Source: Squalus acanthias (taxonomy: Eukaryota). Taken from it: a stretch of 64,000 bases of DNA. The notes below the pieces were generated by a model that was given only the letters and a program-made list of their open reading frames with translations, was not told the DNA's origin and searched no databases. The translations under genes were made by a program, and so were the position numbers. Positions 63,153-64,000 of the stretch are shown here, in pieces (position 1 is the first letter of the stretch; every line of letters begins with the position of its first letter). Location of the stretch: positions 39,620,001 to 39,684,000 of the forward strand of contig CM059432.1 of assembly GCA_030390025.1 (NCBI GenBank). Reading direction: 5' to 3'.

Positions 63153-64000
63153 GTAATTTTTTTTTCACATTTATTTTATTAACCCCTAATTGAAGTCCGT
63201 GTCAGACAGAACATTTTGGGAAGGGAAAGAGAATGGATATGATGCATCTGCTTGTTTGTATATCTATTGTGTAAATTTTTAAATATAAAAATACTCATCA
63301 TTTTTTAATACACACATCCACATCCAACTAGACAAAACATTGATCCTAACCAGATTAGATTATAGTGTCACCCATGCATTTCCTCGCATCCAGGCTAGAT
63401 CCAATGTTTGTATTTCTCTCATAATGGCTGCTGAAACTGCCCTGTTTGATGCTGCACCTTTCTTAGCTCTGCCTGAACGCACTGCTAATACACTATAAAA
63501 AATTCCTCATATGAAACCTGTTGCTACTTATTAGTGCCCTCATGCGTTTGATAAAGCTGGAGTTTTCATTTTTGTCGGCAGTGGGTAAATTCAGGATGAG
63601 AAATTCATGTCTAGAGCAAGCTAATTGGAGTGCAATTCAGCTGTTCTGCCTCCTAAATAAGTGGCTTTGTCCTGGAATAGCACTGTTAACTCTAGTATAA
63701 ATGCAGGAGCCAGTACATTACCCAGATGAGTTTGACTCTCGTCCTGGGGCTTGAAGACTCTCAAGTGTAAGTATATTTAATAAAGACTTGCATTTATATA
63801 GCGCTTTATCATATCTTCTTTGAGTGCCGTGGACCCTTTAACATCAGCCTCAGCCACTAGCACAGGGACATCTCATCCCCAGAACAGTACCTTCAATAAT
63901 GCAGCACTCCCTCACTGGAACGTCAGTGTAAATTATGCGCTCAAGTCCTGGAGTGAAGCTTGAACCCACAACCTTCTGACAGTCATGCTACGAACTGAAC

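Noticed and set aside
63900..64000. tRNA gene
   Set aside because: Only a degenerate tRNA-like SINE head on the minus strand; no complete cloverleaf.

Overview
Eukaryotic (vertebrate) genomic DNA dominated by transposable elements. The mix of CR1, L2, Penelope, DeuSINE-like and Harbinger repeats suggests a cartilaginous fish (inference). The only host gene I can support is CFAP418/C8orf37: a CpG-island promoter at about 43.0-43.5 kb and four + strand coding exons (43249-43379, 48680-48782, 51248-51315, 63087-63152); the gene continues past the window. The upstream 43 kb is gene-free and holds: (i) a young, near-intact, CpG-rich CsRn1-type Ty3/Gypsy element (9198-13572); (ii) a full-length two-gene PIF/Harbinger transposon (28354-32575) with many deleted derivatives and MITEs; (iii) an internally deleted retrovirus-like provirus with a tRNA-Lys PBS and a Gag relic with YPxL/PPxY motifs (35164-37487); (iv) a 1-kb solo LTR; (v) Penelope-like pieces whose terminal repeats carry minimal hammerhead-ribozyme motifs, one forming a perfect 83-bp hairpin; (vi) many CR1, L2 and Tx1 LINE fragments, several nested. 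LINE boundaries are approximate; LTR, TIR, TSD and exon boundaries were read directly from the sequence.
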